Positions 23,131-33,326 of a DNA stretch of 64,000 nucleotides are shown piece by piece (positions within the stretch are counted from its first letter, which is position 1; every line of letters begins with the position of its first letter). The stretch is from Candidatus Dormiibacterota bacterium (lineage in GTDB: Bacteria > Chloroflexota > Dormibacteria > Aeolococcales > Aeolococcaceae), in the NCBI GenBank assembly GCA_963791435.1, contig CAWBSL010000001.1, forward strand, positions 1,553,817 through 1,617,816. The letters run 5' to 3'. The notes beneath the pieces were generated by a model. The model was not told the origin of the DNA. It ran no database searches and worked only from the letters and a program-made list of their open reading frames with translations. A program made the position numbers and the translations under genes.

Positions 23131-23834
23131 GTGACGACGCCACCGGCAACACGAGACGTGCATTTCCCGTCGCGAGGCTCCACCTTCGGCGCCTCCTGGC
23201 GTTGCCCGACGGCGACGGACCGCACCCCGGCGTCGTGGTCATTCACGAGGCATTCGGTCTCAACGCCAACATCCGAGACATCGCCAGGCGGTTCGCGAGC
23301 GAGGGCTATGCGGCGCTTGCCGTCGACCTCTTCACCGATCACAGCCGGGCCGTCTGCATGGCGCAACTCATGCGGTCGATGCTCACCGGTCGCGAGCCTG
23401 CATCGATCCAGGACCTTGCTGCCTCGCTCGACTATCTGAGTGGGTTGCCCGAGGTCGACGGAGAACGCGTGGGTGCCATCGGGTTTTGCATGGGCGGCGG
23501 CTTCGCAATCGCGTGGGGTCGCCGGGACCGCCGCCTGCGCGCGATCGCGCCCTTCTACGGCACCAATCCGCGCCCCGTTGAGGCGATCCGCCGCATGTGT
23601 CCTGTCGTGGGCAGTTACCCGGGCAAGGACTTCACCGCGCGCTCCGGTCGCAGGCTCGACAAGCATCTCGCCGAGATCGGCGTCGCGCGCGACATCAAGG
23701 TCTACCCGGGCGCGCGCCACTCGTTCTTCAACGACACGGGCAAGCTGTATGACGCCGAAGCCGCGACGGACGCGTGGCAACGGACTCTCGACTTCTTTGC
23801 CGAGCACGTGCGAACAGTGCGCGCACCGCAGTGA
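23131..23834 (+). pseudogene. dienelactone hydrolase family protein, interrupted by a 1-nt deletion-type frameshift near 23190-23200
   Basis: The frame starting at GTG 23131 gives VTTPPATRDVHFPSRGSTFGA. The downstream frame gives LALPDGDGPHPGVVVIHEAFG...GFCMGG...H (catalytic triad region). Restoring one base (gcctcctg to gcctacctg) yields the canonical ...STFGAYLALPDG.... Confidence 0.7.
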
Positions 23835-24424
23835 CCGAACCGATCGACGTTCGCGAGCGTCGTGAGATCTGCGACCTGTTCGTCGAAGTCGGGCCCGACG
23901 CTCCGACACTGTGCGAAGGATGGACGACCGCCGATCTTGCCGCGCACCAGGTGCTTCGCGAGCACTTCCACCGCTGGCCCGATGCAAAGCTGGCGGCCGA
24001 GAAAGCCAAGGGGTTTCCCGCGGTGGTGGCGCGTCTGCGCGCCGGTGCACCGCTGATCCCGTGGCGCATCCCACGCCTTCGCAACGTCCTCAACGGCTTG
24101 GAATTCTTCATCCACCACGAGGACGTGCGCCGCGCCAACGGACGTGAGCCACGTCCCGCGATGCCTGACCTGGAAGCGCTGTCGTGGCGGATGTCGGGAT
24201 ACAGCGCACGCCGGATCGCGCGCGCGATCCGCCCCTGCGGGATCGAGCTGGTCAACCCGGACGGCGCGAAGCGAAGCTTCGGGTCGGGAGCGATGGCAAC
24301 CCTCACAGGACCGGCAACGGAGATCGTCCTCTACATGAGCGGCCGGAGGGCCACGGCGCACGTCACCCTCAGTGGCAATCCCGACGCTGTCGCTGCAGTC
24401 GAGCGCACCAAACTACGGGTCTGA
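23831..24424 (+). CDS. TIGR03085-family protein (mycothiol-dependent maleylpyruvate isomerase-like N-terminal domain protein)
   Basis: GTG overlaps the preceding stop (GTGA). ...RRERAEICDLF.E.GPDAPTLCEGWTTADLAAHQVLRE. Confidence 0.7.
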   Translation: MTEPIDVRERREICDLFVEVGPDAPTLCEGWTTADLAAHQVLREHFHRWPDAKLAAEKAKGFPAVVARLRAGAPLIPWRIPRLRNVLNGLEFFIHHEDVRRANGREPRPAMPDLEALSWRMSGYSARRIARAIRPCGIELVNPDGAKRSFGSGAMATLTGPATEIVLYMSGRRATAHVTLSGNPDAVAAVERTKLRV

Positions 24425-24461
24425 GCCGTCAGAAGCGGCGTCGAGCGCATGGGGAGAGTTC

Positions 24462-24860
24462 GTGACTGAGTCGGTGACCCGGATGATGGCCGATGACTCC
24501 GCGTCGCGGTCGCTCGGTATCGAGGTGCGCGACGTCTCCGTGGGAGCAGCCACGGCGACCATGACGATCCGCGCAGACATGGTGAACGGACACGGCATCA
24601 CGCACGGCGCATTTGTCTTCGCAGTCGCGGACACCGCGTTCGCGTGCGCGTGCAACAGCCACGGTCCGCTCACCGTCGCAGCCGCGGTGGACATCGCCTT
24701 TGTCGCGCCCTCGCGTCTGGGGGACGTGCTCGAAGCACGAGCCGTGGAACGCACTCGATTCGGTCGCTCCGGGATCTATGACGTGACCGTGCGACGTGGC
24801 GACGACGTCATCGCCGAGTTTCGTGGAACCAGCCGTACCATCGGCAAGGACAGCCTGTGA
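24462..24860 (+). CDS. paaI: PaaI-family hotdog thioesterase
   Basis: GGGGAGAG RBS, GTG start. ...GIEV..V..G.A...M.....N.HG..HGG..F..AD.A.A.A.NS pattern. 132 aa. Confidence 0.75.
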   Translation: MTESVTRMMADDSASRSLGIEVRDVSVGAATATMTIRADMVNGHGITHGAFVFAVADTAFACACNSHGPLTVAAAVDIAFVAPSRLGDVLEARAVERTRFGRSGIYDVTVRRGDDVIAEFRGTSRTIGKDSL

Positions 24861-26167
24861 GCCGCCTCGGCGCCGCGCCCCCGCCAGAGCTCCTCGACGC
24901 GGGAGAACGCCTGAGCCGGGACGCCTTGCTCGCGCTCCAGCTCGAGCGGTTGCGCTGGTCGCTGCGTCACTCGTACACGAACGTGCCCCATTACCGCAGC
25001 GCGTTCGATGCCGCGGGCGTCACCCCGGATGACTGCGAAAGCCTTGCCGACATCGCGAGATTCCCCTTCACCACCAAGGCCGATCTCCGCGACCATTATC
25101 CGTTCGGCATGTTTGCGGTGCCGCAGCCGGAGGTGCGCCGCGTGCACGCGTCCAGCGGCACGACAGGGCAGCCGACGGTGGTGGGGTACACGCAGGACGA
25201 TCTCGACATCTGGGCAGATCTCATGGCGCGGTCGATACGCGCCGCCGGTGGTCGCCGCGGCGACATCGTGCACGTCGCATACGGATACGGACTCTTCACG
25301 GGAGGGCTCGGTGCGCACTACGGCGCCGAGCGACTCGGCTGCACCGTCGTTCCGATTTCAGGTGGGATGACGCCGCGACAGGTACAGCTGATCCGCGATT
25401 TCCAGCCCGCGATCATCATGGTCACGCCGTCATACATGCTCGCGCTCATCGACGAGTTCGAGCGCCAGGGCGTCGACCCGAGGACCTGCTCGTTGCGCAT
25501 CGGCATCTTCGGCGCGGAGCCCTGGACCGAGGCGATGCGTGGAGAGATCGAGCAGCGGCTGGACATGCACGCGGTGGACATCTACGGGCTGTCCGAGGTG
25601 ATGGGACCGGGCGTGTCCCAGGAATGCGTCGAGACCAAGGATGGCCTCCACGTCTGGGAGGACCATTTCTACCCGGAGGTGATCGACCCGGTGAGCGGCG
25701 AGGTGCTTCCGGACGGGGAGACCGGCGAGCTGGTGTTCACGTCATTGACCAAGCAGGCGCTGCCGATCATTCGCTACCGGACCCGCGATCTCACGCGGCT
25801 GCTGCCAGGCACGGCGCGTCCGGCTTTCCGGCGCATGGAGAAGGTCACGGGGCGGAGCGACGACATGATCATCCTGCGCGGTGTCAACGTCTTTCCCACG
25901 CAACTCGAGGAGCTCGTCGTCGGCACCGGCGGCCTCTCGCCGCACTTCCAGCTGATTCTGGGACGCGACGGTCGCCTCGACACGCTGACGGTGCGCGTCG
26001 AGGCTCGTCCGGACTGCGCGCCCGACCGCCGTGTCACCGCCGCGAGCGTCCTGGCGCGCGAGGTGAAGGACCGCGTCGGGGTCAGCGTTCTCGTGGAGGT
26101 CGTCGACCCCGAGACCCTCGAGCGTTCAGCCGGCAAGCTCCAGCGGGTGATCGACCGCCGGTCGTAG
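24857..26167 (+). CDS. paaK: phenylacetate--CoA ligase
   Basis: GTGA overlap with paaI. SSGTTGQPTVVGYT, YGLSE and PaaK C-terminal domain. 436 aa. Confidence 0.9.
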   Translation: MSRLGAAPPPELLDAGERLSRDALLALQLERLRWSLRHSYTNVPHYRSAFDAAGVTPDDCESLADIARFPFTTKADLRDHYPFGMFAVPQPEVRRVHASSGTTGQPTVVGYTQDDLDIWADLMARSIRAAGGRRGDIVHVAYGYGLFTGGLGAHYGAERLGCTVVPISGGMTPRQVQLIRDFQPAIIMVTPSYMLALIDEFERQGVDPRTCSLRIGIFGAEPWTEAMRGEIEQRLDMHAVDIYGLSEVMGPGVSQECVETKDGLHVWEDHFYPEVIDPVSGEVLPDGETGELVFTSLTKQALPIIRYRTRDLTRLLPGTARPAFRRMEKVTGRSDDMIILRGVNVFPTQLEELVVGTGGLSPHFQLILGRDGRLDTLTVRVEARPDCAPDRRVTAASVLAREVKDRVGVSVLVEVVDPETLERSAGKLQRVIDRRS

Positions 26168-26218
26168 ACTGCGCCAGCCGATCACCAAGTCAGAGCGGGT
26201 CACGGGAGGTATCTCGGG

Positions 26219-26686
26219 GTGGATCGCTTTCTCCTGTACCGGACCTTCGACGAGCTGGAGGTCGGGCAGACCCAGCGCACCCGGGGCCGGACCATCACCG
26301 AGGGCGACATCGTCAACTGGTGCGCGCTCACCGGGGACTGGTTCTACCCGCACATCGACAAGGTGGCGGCGGAGCGATCGATGTTCGGGCAGCGCGTCGC
26401 GCCGGGGATCATGGTGTTCGCGCTCGGCACCGGACTCGGCGTTCCGGCCGATGCCACCACGATCCTTGCCAATTACGGCACCGACCGTCTTCGCTACACC
26501 GCACCGACGTGGATCAACGACACCATCTATCTCGACATCGAAGTGGTTGAGAAGTCCGACAAGGACCCGAAGTCCGGACTGGTGACGTATCGCTGGGACA
26601 TCCTCAACCAGAACGCCGTCACCGTCTGTGCGAGCCAGCTCAAGATCCTCACCGCCAAGGAGCGCGCCGCGTATGCCGGAATCTGA
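26219..26686 (+). CDS. MaoC-like (R)-specific enoyl-CoA hydratase/dehydratase (hotdog)
   Basis: RTITEGDIVNWCALTGDWFYPHID...FGQRVAPG. Confidence 0.8.
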   Translation: MDRFLLYRTFDELEVGQTQRTRGRTITEGDIVNWCALTGDWFYPHIDKVAAERSMFGQRVAPGIMVFALGTGLGVPADATTILANYGTDRLRYTAPTWINDTIYLDIEVVEKSDKDPKSGLVTYRWDILNQNAVTVCASQLKILTAKERAAYAGI

Positions 26687-27465
26687 CGGCGGCCCTGTCC
26701 TGCTGACGATCGATGGCGGCGTCGCGGAGTTGGTGCTCAACCGGCCGGACAAGATGAATGCGATGAACCTCGAGATGGTTCACGACATCGCCGAGAGCTC
26801 TCGACGCCGTCGAAGCGGCCGGTGCGCGGGCCCTGCTGGTGCGCGGCGAGGGGCGTGCGTTCTGCAGCGGGCGCGACCTGGCCGGCGCGGATCCGCTCCA
26901 CGAGGACGGCGAGGCGATCCTGCGCGACGTGTTCAATCCCCTGATCGAGCGGATGGCCGGCGTCGCGGTGCCGACCATCGCAGCGGTGCACGGCGCCTGT
27001 CTCGGCACGGGCCTCGGTCTCGCCCTTGCATGCGACATCGTCTATGCGGCTGATGACGCCCGAATCGGCTCGCCGTTCGCGCGCATCGGTGCGGTGCTCG
27101 ACAGCGGCGCGCACGCGGCGTTCGTGTCGGGCGTCGGATCGCATCGGGCGCTCGAACTCGTCTACACCGGACGACTGCTCTCCGGCCGCGAGGCGGCGGA
27201 GTGGGGGCTTGTCAACCGCAGCGTGGCCGGCGCCGACCTCGTCCGGCGTGCACGCGAGGTGGCCGCCTCCATCGCACGAGGGCCGACATCGGCCTTCCTC
27301 GAGTTGAAGCGTCTGGTGCGGGCCATCACCGACGGCTCGCCGTCCTTTGCGGACGTGCTCGCCGCCGAGGCCGCGGCGCAGGGACGCGCCTCGCGAACGC
27401 ACGACTACCAGGACGGCATCTCGGCGTTCCAGGAAAAGCGCAAACCGTCCTTCACGGGCCACTGA
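26673..27465 (+). pseudogene. enoyl-CoA hydratase/isomerase (crotonase), interrupted by a 1-nt insertion-type frameshift near 26793-26800
   Basis: The ATG at 26673 overlaps the MaoC stop. MPESDGGPVLLTIDGGVAELVLNRPDKMNAMNLEMVHDIAE continues in the +1 frame as ALDAVEAAGARALLVRGEGRAFCSGRDL...VPTIAAVHGACLGTGLGLALACD. An extra base sits in gccgagAgctctc. Confidence 0.75.
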
Positions 27466-27473
27466 GCGCGCAG

Positions 27474-28286
27474 ATGAGCGACCTCGCCACCGCATTTCCC
27501 AGCCTCATCTTCGACCGTCCCGAGGACGGGGTCCTGGTGATCACGATGCAGGCGGAGGGCCGCCTCAACGCCGCCGATGCAGCGATGCACCGCGACCTCG
27601 CCGAGGTCTGGCGCGCGGTGGACACCGACGCCGAGACGCGCGCGGTCATCATCCGCGGCGCGGGCGGGACCTTCTCCGCGGGAGGCGACTTCGACCTCAT
27701 CGAGTCGATGGTCGCGGACTTTGCGGTGCGCGCCCGGGTGCTCCGCGAGGCGCGAGACCTCGTCTACAACGTCATCAACTGCAGCAAGCCCATCGTCTCG
27801 GCGATGGACGGGGTGGCGGTCGGCGCCGGGCTCGTGGTCGGCCTGCTGGCGGATATCTCGATCGCCGGACGATCTACCCGTCTCATCGATGGTCATACGC
27901 GGATCGGCGTCGCCGCCGGCGACCATGCGGCGATCATCTGGCCGCTGCTTTGCGGCATCGCCAAGGCCAAGTACCACCTCCTGCTCTGCGAGCCGGTGAG
28001 TGGTGAGGAGGCGGAGCGGATCGGCCTTGTCTCGCTGAGCGTTCCCGACGATCAGGTGCACGCCAGGGCACTCGAGGTCGCTCGAAAGCTCGCGGCCGGG
28101 TCGCCGACGGCGATCAGCTGGACCAAATACGCCCTCAACAACTGGCTGCGGGCGGCCGGTCCGATCTTCGACAGCTCGCTCGCCCTGGAATTCCTCGGCT
28201 TCACCGGGCCCGACGTCGTCGAGGGTGTGGCCGCGAGACGCGCCAAACGGCCGGCGGATTTCGGCGACCGCGGTCCGCAGCAGTAG
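27474..28286 (+). CDS. enoyl-CoA hydratase/isomerase family protein
   Basis: [19 protein letters not shown]...[21 protein letters not shown] crotonase motifs. 270 aa. Confidence 0.8.
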   Translation: MSDLATAFPSLIFDRPEDGVLVITMQAEGRLNAADAAMHRDLAEVWRAVDTDAETRAVIIRGAGGTFSAGGDFDLIESMVADFAVRARVLREARDLVYNVINCSKPIVSAMDGVAVGAGLVVGLLADISIAGRSTRLIDGHTRIGVAAGDHAAIIWPLLCGIAKAKYHLLLCEPVSGEEAERIGLVSLSVPDDQVHARALEVARKLAAGSPTAISWTKYALNNWLRAAGPIFDSSLALEFLGFTGPDVVEGVAARRAKRPADFGDRGPQQ

Positions 28287-28297
28287 GATCGAAGCAC

Positions 28298-29419
28298 GTG
28301 AGTGTGGAGGTGTCGTCGGCGACCAGTGGGCCGTCCTCATTTTCAGGGCCGTCGAAGGCCGCCTGGCAGGACGTCGCAGCTGAGGGATCCCTCAGCCAGG
28401 CGCTTCCCCACGACGTCGAGCTGACTCACGACCAGCTCCGGAGCCTCTACCGGCTCATGGCGCTGAGCCGGCGCATCGACCGCCAGGCGATCAACCTCAC
28501 TCGCCAGGGTGCGCTCGGGGTCTTCGCCTCGAGCCACGGCCAGGAAGCCGCCCAGGTGGGTTCGGTCTTCGCGCTCGAGGCCGACGACTGGCTCTTCCCC
28601 ACCTACCGCGAGACCGTGGGAACGTTCGCGCGCGGCGTGGACGTCGTCGAGCTCCTCGCGCTGTTCTCGGGGAGCTGGCACTGCGGTTTCGACCCGTATC
28701 AGTACCGGGTGGCGCCGCTCACAACGCCGCTCGCCACCCAGGCGCTGCACGCGGTCGGACTGGCGATGGCCGCGAAGATCAAGCACGATCCGATCGTCGC
28801 GCTCACCTTCTTCGGGGACGGCGCCGCCAGCGAGGGCGATGCCCACGAGGCGATGAACCTGGCCGCGGTCTATGCGGCGCCGGTGGTGTTCGTCGTCCAG
28901 AACAACGGCTACGCAATCAGCGTTCCGTACCACCTGCAGACCAAGGCCTCCTCGGTAGCGCTGCGCGCGGCAGGGGTTGGGATGCCCGGTATCCGCGTCG
29001 ACGGCAACGACGTCATCTCCGTGTACGGCGCGGTTCGCACTGCGGTGGAGCGAGCGCGGCGCGGCGACGGACCGACGCTGGTGGAGGCGGTCACCTACCG
29101 CCTCGAGGCGCACACCACGGCCGACGACACGAGCCGCTATCGCAGCGACGACGAGGCCGCGGGGTGGCGGGAGCGCGATCCGGTGGCCCGGTTCCTCGGC
29201 GTCCTTCTGGAGGCAGGCGTCGTCGACGAATCGTTTCTCGCGGAGGTCGACGCTGAAGGCGAGGCCGAGGCCGCGCGGATGCGCGACTTCCTGTTCGGCG
29301 CCCCGGCCGGCGATCCTCGCGAGATGTTCGACCACGTGTATGCCACGCCGACCCCGCTGCTCGAGGCCGAGAGGGCGATGCTCCAGCAGGAGCTCACGGC
29401 CGCCGAGGAGACGACCTGA
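28298..29419 (+). CDS. 2-oxoacid dehydrogenase E1 component alpha subunit (TPP-dependent; branched-chain/pyruvate type)
   Basis: [39 protein letters not shown]-binding motif, YR.EAHTT.DD. Confidence 0.9.
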   Translation: MSVEVSSATSGPSSFSGPSKAAWQDVAAEGSLSQALPHDVELTHDQLRSLYRLMALSRRIDRQAINLTRQGALGVFASSHGQEAAQVGSVFALEADDWLFPTYRETVGTFARGVDVVELLALFSGSWHCGFDPYQYRVAPLTTPLATQALHAVGLAMAAKIKHDPIVALTFFGDGAASEGDAHEAMNLAAVYAAPVVFVVQNNGYAISVPYHLQTKASSVALRAAGVGMPGIRVDGNDVISVYGAVRTAVERARRGDGPTLVEAVTYRLEAHTTADDTSRYRSDDEAAGWRERDPVARFLGVLLEAGVVDESFLAEVDAEGEAEAARMRDFLFGAPAGDPREMFDHVYATPTPLLEAERAMLQQELTAAEETT

Positions 29420-30393
29420 TGGAGGTCACCATGGCGGGCGCGCTCAACGCCGCGCTGCGCAACTCGATGCGCGAGGACGACTCCGTGGTGGTCTACGGCG
29501 AGGATGTCGGCCGCCTCGGGGGCGTCTTTCGGATCACCGACGGTCTCCAGACGGAGATGGGCGCCGACCGCTGCTTCGACACTCCTGTCGCCGAGTTGGG
29601 GATCGTCGGGACGGCCATCGGCATGGCGCTCTACGGGATGCGTCCCGTCGTCGAGATGCAGTTCGACGGCTTCTCGTACCCCGCGCTCAACCAGGTCATC
29701 AGCCACGTGGCGAAGTACCGGAGCCGGACGCGTGGCCGCGTTGGCCTGCCCCTGGTCATCCGCATTCCGTACGGCGGTGGGATCGGCGCGGTGGAGCACC
29801 ACTCCGAGAGTCCCGAGGCGTACTACGCGCACACGGCGGGACTCACCGTCGTGTCCCCGGGGACACCGGCGGACGCGTATGCGCTCCTTCGCGCGTCCAT
29901 CGCCTTCGAAGACCCGGTGATCTTTCTCGAGCCCAAGCGCCGGTACTGGCTCAAGGAGGATCTCGACCTCCCGGTGACCGCTCCACCAATTGGCAAGGCG
30001 ATCGTGCGGCGCCCGGGAACGACTGCGACAGTGATCGCCTATGGGCCGATGGTCACCACGGCGATGGAGGCGGCCACTCGGGCCGCGGAGGAGAGCGGGC
30101 TCGACCTCGAGGTCATCGACGTCCGGACGCTGTCGCCGCTCGATATTGAGACACTGGTGACCAGCGCCACCAAGACCGGACGCGTGGTTGTGGTCCACGA
30201 GGCCGCGCGGTTCGCGGGATACGGCGCGGAGATCGCCGCGGAGCTGAACGAACGCGCCTTCGGCTACCTCGCGGCGCCGGTCCTGCGCGTCAGCGGGTGG
30301 GACGTGCCCTACCCCGCCGCCAAGATCGAGCGTCATTTCCTTCCCGACGCCGACCGCATCCTGGATGCCGTCGCCCGGCTGCTCGAGTACTGA
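29419..30393 (+). CDS. 2-oxoacid dehydrogenase E1 component beta subunit
   Basis: EDVGRLGGVFRITDGLQTEMGADRCFDTPVAELGIVGTAIGMALYGMRPVVEMQF. Confidence 0.92.
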   Translation: MEVTMAGALNAALRNSMREDDSVVVYGEDVGRLGGVFRITDGLQTEMGADRCFDTPVAELGIVGTAIGMALYGMRPVVEMQFDGFSYPALNQVISHVAKYRSRTRGRVGLPLVIRIPYGGGIGAVEHHSESPEAYYAHTAGLTVVSPGTPADAYALLRASIAFEDPVIFLEPKRRYWLKEDLDLPVTAPPIGKAIVRRPGTTATVIAYGPMVTTAMEAATRAAEESGLDLEVIDVRTLSPLDIETLVTSATKTGRVVVVHEAARFAGYGAEIAAELNERAFGYLAAPVLRVSGWDVPYPAAKIERHFLPDADRILDAVARLLEY

Positions 30394-30394
30394 T

Positions 30395-31630
30395 CCAGTG
30401 CTGACGGTTCGCGACTTCCTCATGCCCGATCTCGGCGAGGGGCTCACCGAGGGAGAGATCAATCGCTGGCTCGTGGCCGAAGGCGATGTCGTGGTTGTGG
30501 ATCAGCCGATCGCCGAGATCACCACCGAGAAAGCCGTGGTGGAGGTGCCGACGCCGTTCGCCGGACGAGTGGCCGCGCTGCACGGCACGGAGGGTCAGAG
30601 CATCGCCGTGGGCACACCGCTGATCAGCATCGAGGTCGCGGCTGCTCCCTCCGAGGGTGCGTCGGGCAACGTGCTGGTCGGGTACGGGACGAGTGAGTCG
30701 GCGCCGAGAGCGCGGAGGAGTCTCACGCCGGCGCCGTCGACTGCCGGTGCGGCCGGGCAGGCGTCCGCATCGCCGCCGGCGTCTCCGCTGGTGCGGCGTC
30801 TCGCCGCGGAGCTGAGCATCGACCTCAGCACGGTCGCCGGCAGTGGCCCGGGCGGGATGGTGACCAGGGCCGACCTCGAGCAGGTCGCCTCTCGCGAGGC
30901 TGCCGGCGCGGGTTCCGAGACGGCGCCGACATCCGAAGGGGCCGTTCGTATCCCGCTGACCGGCGTGGACCGGATCGCCGCGGAACGGCTCACACGGTCG
31001 CACCACGATGCCCCGAGCGCGTCCGCATGGCTCAGCGCCGACGCGACCCGTCTCATGGAGCTGCGCGCCGAGCTCCCCGCCGGATCGACCGATCCGTCCG
31101 TGACGCCCTTCGCCATCATCCTGCGGCTCACCACTGTCGCATTGCGGAAGTTCCCGCGGCTCAACGCCCACTTCGACACCGAGACGAACGAGGTCGTGCG
31201 TTTCACGCCGATCCATCTCGGGGTTGCGGTGCAGACGGACCGTGGGCTCGTTGTCGCAGTGATTCGCGACGCTCAGAAGAAGTCGCTGCGCGGCATCGCC
31301 GACGAGTTGCAGCGTCTTGCCGGCGCCGCGCGAGATGGCTCCATCGACGCGGCCGAGCTCCGCGGCAGCACGTTCACCGTGTCCAACTTCGGCGCGTTCG
31401 GCGTCGACGGCGGTACGGCGATCATCAATCCGCCGGAAGCGGCGATCCTCGGTGTCGGCCGGATCTCCACGCGGCCCTGGGTCATCGACGACGAGGTGGT
31501 GCCCCGCTCGGTCGTGGAACTGTCGCTCGTCTTCGATCACCGCGTCGCGGACGGCGGTGTCGCCGGAGGCTTCATCCGGCACCTCGCGAATCTCATCGAA
31601 ACACCCGACGAGGCGATGACAGATGACTGA
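30395..31630 (+). CDS. dihydrolipoamide acyltransferase E2 component
   Basis: Lipoyl domain (MPDLGEGLTEGEI..W....GD.V..DQP.AEITTEKAVVEVP), Ala/Pro-rich linker, and a catalytic domain ending DHRVADGG. The GTG at 30395 or the ATG at 30422 could be the start. Confidence 0.88.
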   Translation, partial: PVLTVRDFLMPDLGEGLTEGEINRWLVAEGDVVVVDQPIAEITTEKAVVEVPTPFAGRVAALHGTEGQSIAVGTPLISIEVAAAPSEGASGNVLVGYGTSESAPRARRSLTPAPSTAGAAGQASASPPASPLVRRLAAELSIDLSTVAGSGPGGMVTRADLEQVASREAAGAGSETAPTSEGAVRIPLTGVDRIAAERLTRSHHDAPSASAWLSADATRLMELRAELPAGSTDPSVTPFAIILRLTTVALRKFPRLNAHFDTETNEVVRFTPIHLGVAVQTDRGLVVAVIRDAQKKSLRGIADELQRLAGAARDGSIDAAELRGSTFTVSNFGAFGVDGGTAIINPPEAAILGVGRISTRPWVIDDEVVPRSVVELSLVFDHRVADGGVAGGFIRHLANLIETPDEAMTDD

Positions 31631-32594
31631 AACCCCAACCAAAGCGCCCGTCACCCAGGCCGAGTTGCGCCGCGCGCAGGCGGACACGTGGGTGTATTTC
31701 GACGGCGAGCTGCGCCGCTACGGCGACGCGCATCTCGGTCTGCTCACGCACGCGCTCCACTACGGCACCGGGTGTTTTGAGGGGATCCGCGCGTACTGGA
31801 GCGAGCGCCAGCACCGGATCAACGTCTTCCGTATGTCGGATCACTTCGCGCGCATGACCGGCAACGCGCGGATGCTTCACATGCAACTCCCGCACAGCGT
31901 CGAGGAGTTGTGTGACATCACCGTGGAACTGATGCGCCGCAATGACTTTCGCACCGACGTGTACATCCGTCCGCTGGTGTTCAAGGCGAATGAGGAGATC
32001 GGAATTCGCTTTCACAACCTGCGCGACGGATTCATGATTGTCCCCGTGCCGTTCGGCGCCTATGTGGACACCACGGGCGGGATCCGCTGTCAGGTGTCGA
32101 GCTGGCGTCGCATCGACGACAACGTCGCGCCGGCACGGTCGAAGGCTTCAGGCATCTACATCAACAGCGCGCTTGCCAAGACCGAGGCCTTTCTCAACGG
32201 CTTCGATGAGGCGATCCTCATGACCCAGGACGGCCATGTCTGCGAGGGCAGCGCCGAGAACCTCTTCATCCTTCGCCGGGGCCGGCTGATCACGCCACCG
32301 GCATCGGAGAACATCGTCGAAGGGATCACACGCGCGGTGCTGATGCAGTTCGCGCGCCAGGAGCTGGGCATCGACGTCGTCGAGCGGGCGATCGACCGCA
32401 GCGAGCTCTATGTCGCCGACGAGGTGCTGCTGTGCGGCACCGGCGCCGAGGTGTCAGCGGTGATCGAGATCGACCGGCGGATCATCGGCACGGGTGAGCC
32501 CGGCGAGGTGACCCGCAAGCTCCAGGACCTCTATTTCGGTGCCTGCAAAGGCGAGGACGACCGTTTCGCCAGCTGGCTGACGCCGATCGGCTGA
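31623..32594 (+). CDS. ilvE: branched-chain amino acid aminotransferase (fold type IV)
   Basis: HYGTGCFEGIRAY, ...K.SG.Y.NS.LAK.EA and E.SAENLFI motifs. The ATG overlaps the E2 stop. Confidence 0.9.
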   Translation: MTETPTKAPVTQAELRRAQADTWVYFDGELRRYGDAHLGLLTHALHYGTGCFEGIRAYWSERQHRINVFRMSDHFARMTGNARMLHMQLPHSVEELCDITVELMRRNDFRTDVYIRPLVFKANEEIGIRFHNLRDGFMIVPVPFGAYVDTTGGIRCQVSSWRRIDDNVAPARSKASGIYINSALAKTEAFLNGFDEAILMTQDGHVCEGSAENLFILRRGRLITPPASENIVEGITRAVLMQFARQELGIDVVERAIDRSELYVADEVLLCGTGAEVSAVIEIDRRIIGTGEPGEVTRKLQDLYFGACKGEDDRFASWLTPIG

Positions 32595-33319
32595 TGCCGG
32601 AGACCTTTCCAATGCCGAACGAAGCACTGCAATCGCGCTTCGCAAAGCTGACGACCGCCCACGTCGCTGATGCGTGCATACGTGCCCAGGTCAAGGTTCG
32701 TTGCGCGCCGGCGTCGCTGCAGGCACTTGTGCCGGGGAGTCACATCGCGGGCCCAGTGTTCCCCGCCCGGCATTACGGCAGCGTCGATGTCTTTCTGGAA
32801 GCGATCAGCCTCGCGGCCGAAGGCGATGCCCTGGTGATCGACAACAGCGGACGGTTGGACGAAGCCTGTATCGGCGATCTCATCGCACTCGAAGCTCACG
32901 CCGCGGGAATCGTGGGGGTCGTGATCTGGGGACTGCATCGCGATTCGGCCGAGATACGAGCCATCGGGCTTCCCGTTTTCAGCCTGGGAGCGACGCCGGT
33001 GGGGCCGCAGCGTCTCGATCCCCGCGATCCGGGGGCGTTGCAATCCGCCGAGGTTGGTGACTGGACCGTCGGGCACGACGACGTGGTGTTCGGCGATGAC
33101 GACGGTGTGCTCTTCGTGCCGGAATCCCAGGTCCCCGAGATTCTGAACATCGCGGAGACGATTCGCGACACCGAGGTGCGCCAGGCGGACCGGGTTCGAG
33201 AGGGTAACCTGTTGCGGCAGCAGTTTCACTTCGAGGCATACCTGGCTGCGCGCGAGGCGGCACCGTCACTGACGTTTCGCGACTACCTCCGGTCCATCGG
33301 CGGAGCGGTCGAGGTCTAG
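32594..33319 (+). CDS. RraA-family protein (RraA / 4-hydroxy-4-methyl-2-oxoglutarate aldolase-like)
   Basis: TAHVADACIR..., GDALVIDNSGRLDEACIGDLIALEAHAAGIVGVVIWGLHRD. The ATG overlaps the ilvE stop. Confidence 0.8.
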   Translation: MPETFPMPNEALQSRFAKLTTAHVADACIRAQVKVRCAPASLQALVPGSHIAGPVFPARHYGSVDVFLEAISLAAEGDALVIDNSGRLDEACIGDLIALEAHAAGIVGVVIWGLHRDSAEIRAIGLPVFSLGATPVGPQRLDPRDPGALQSAEVGDWTVGHDDVVFGDDDGVLFVPESQVPEILNIAETIRDTEVRQADRVREGNLLRQQFHFEAYLAAREAAPSLTFRDYLRSIGGAVEV

Positions 33320-33326
33320 CAACGCC

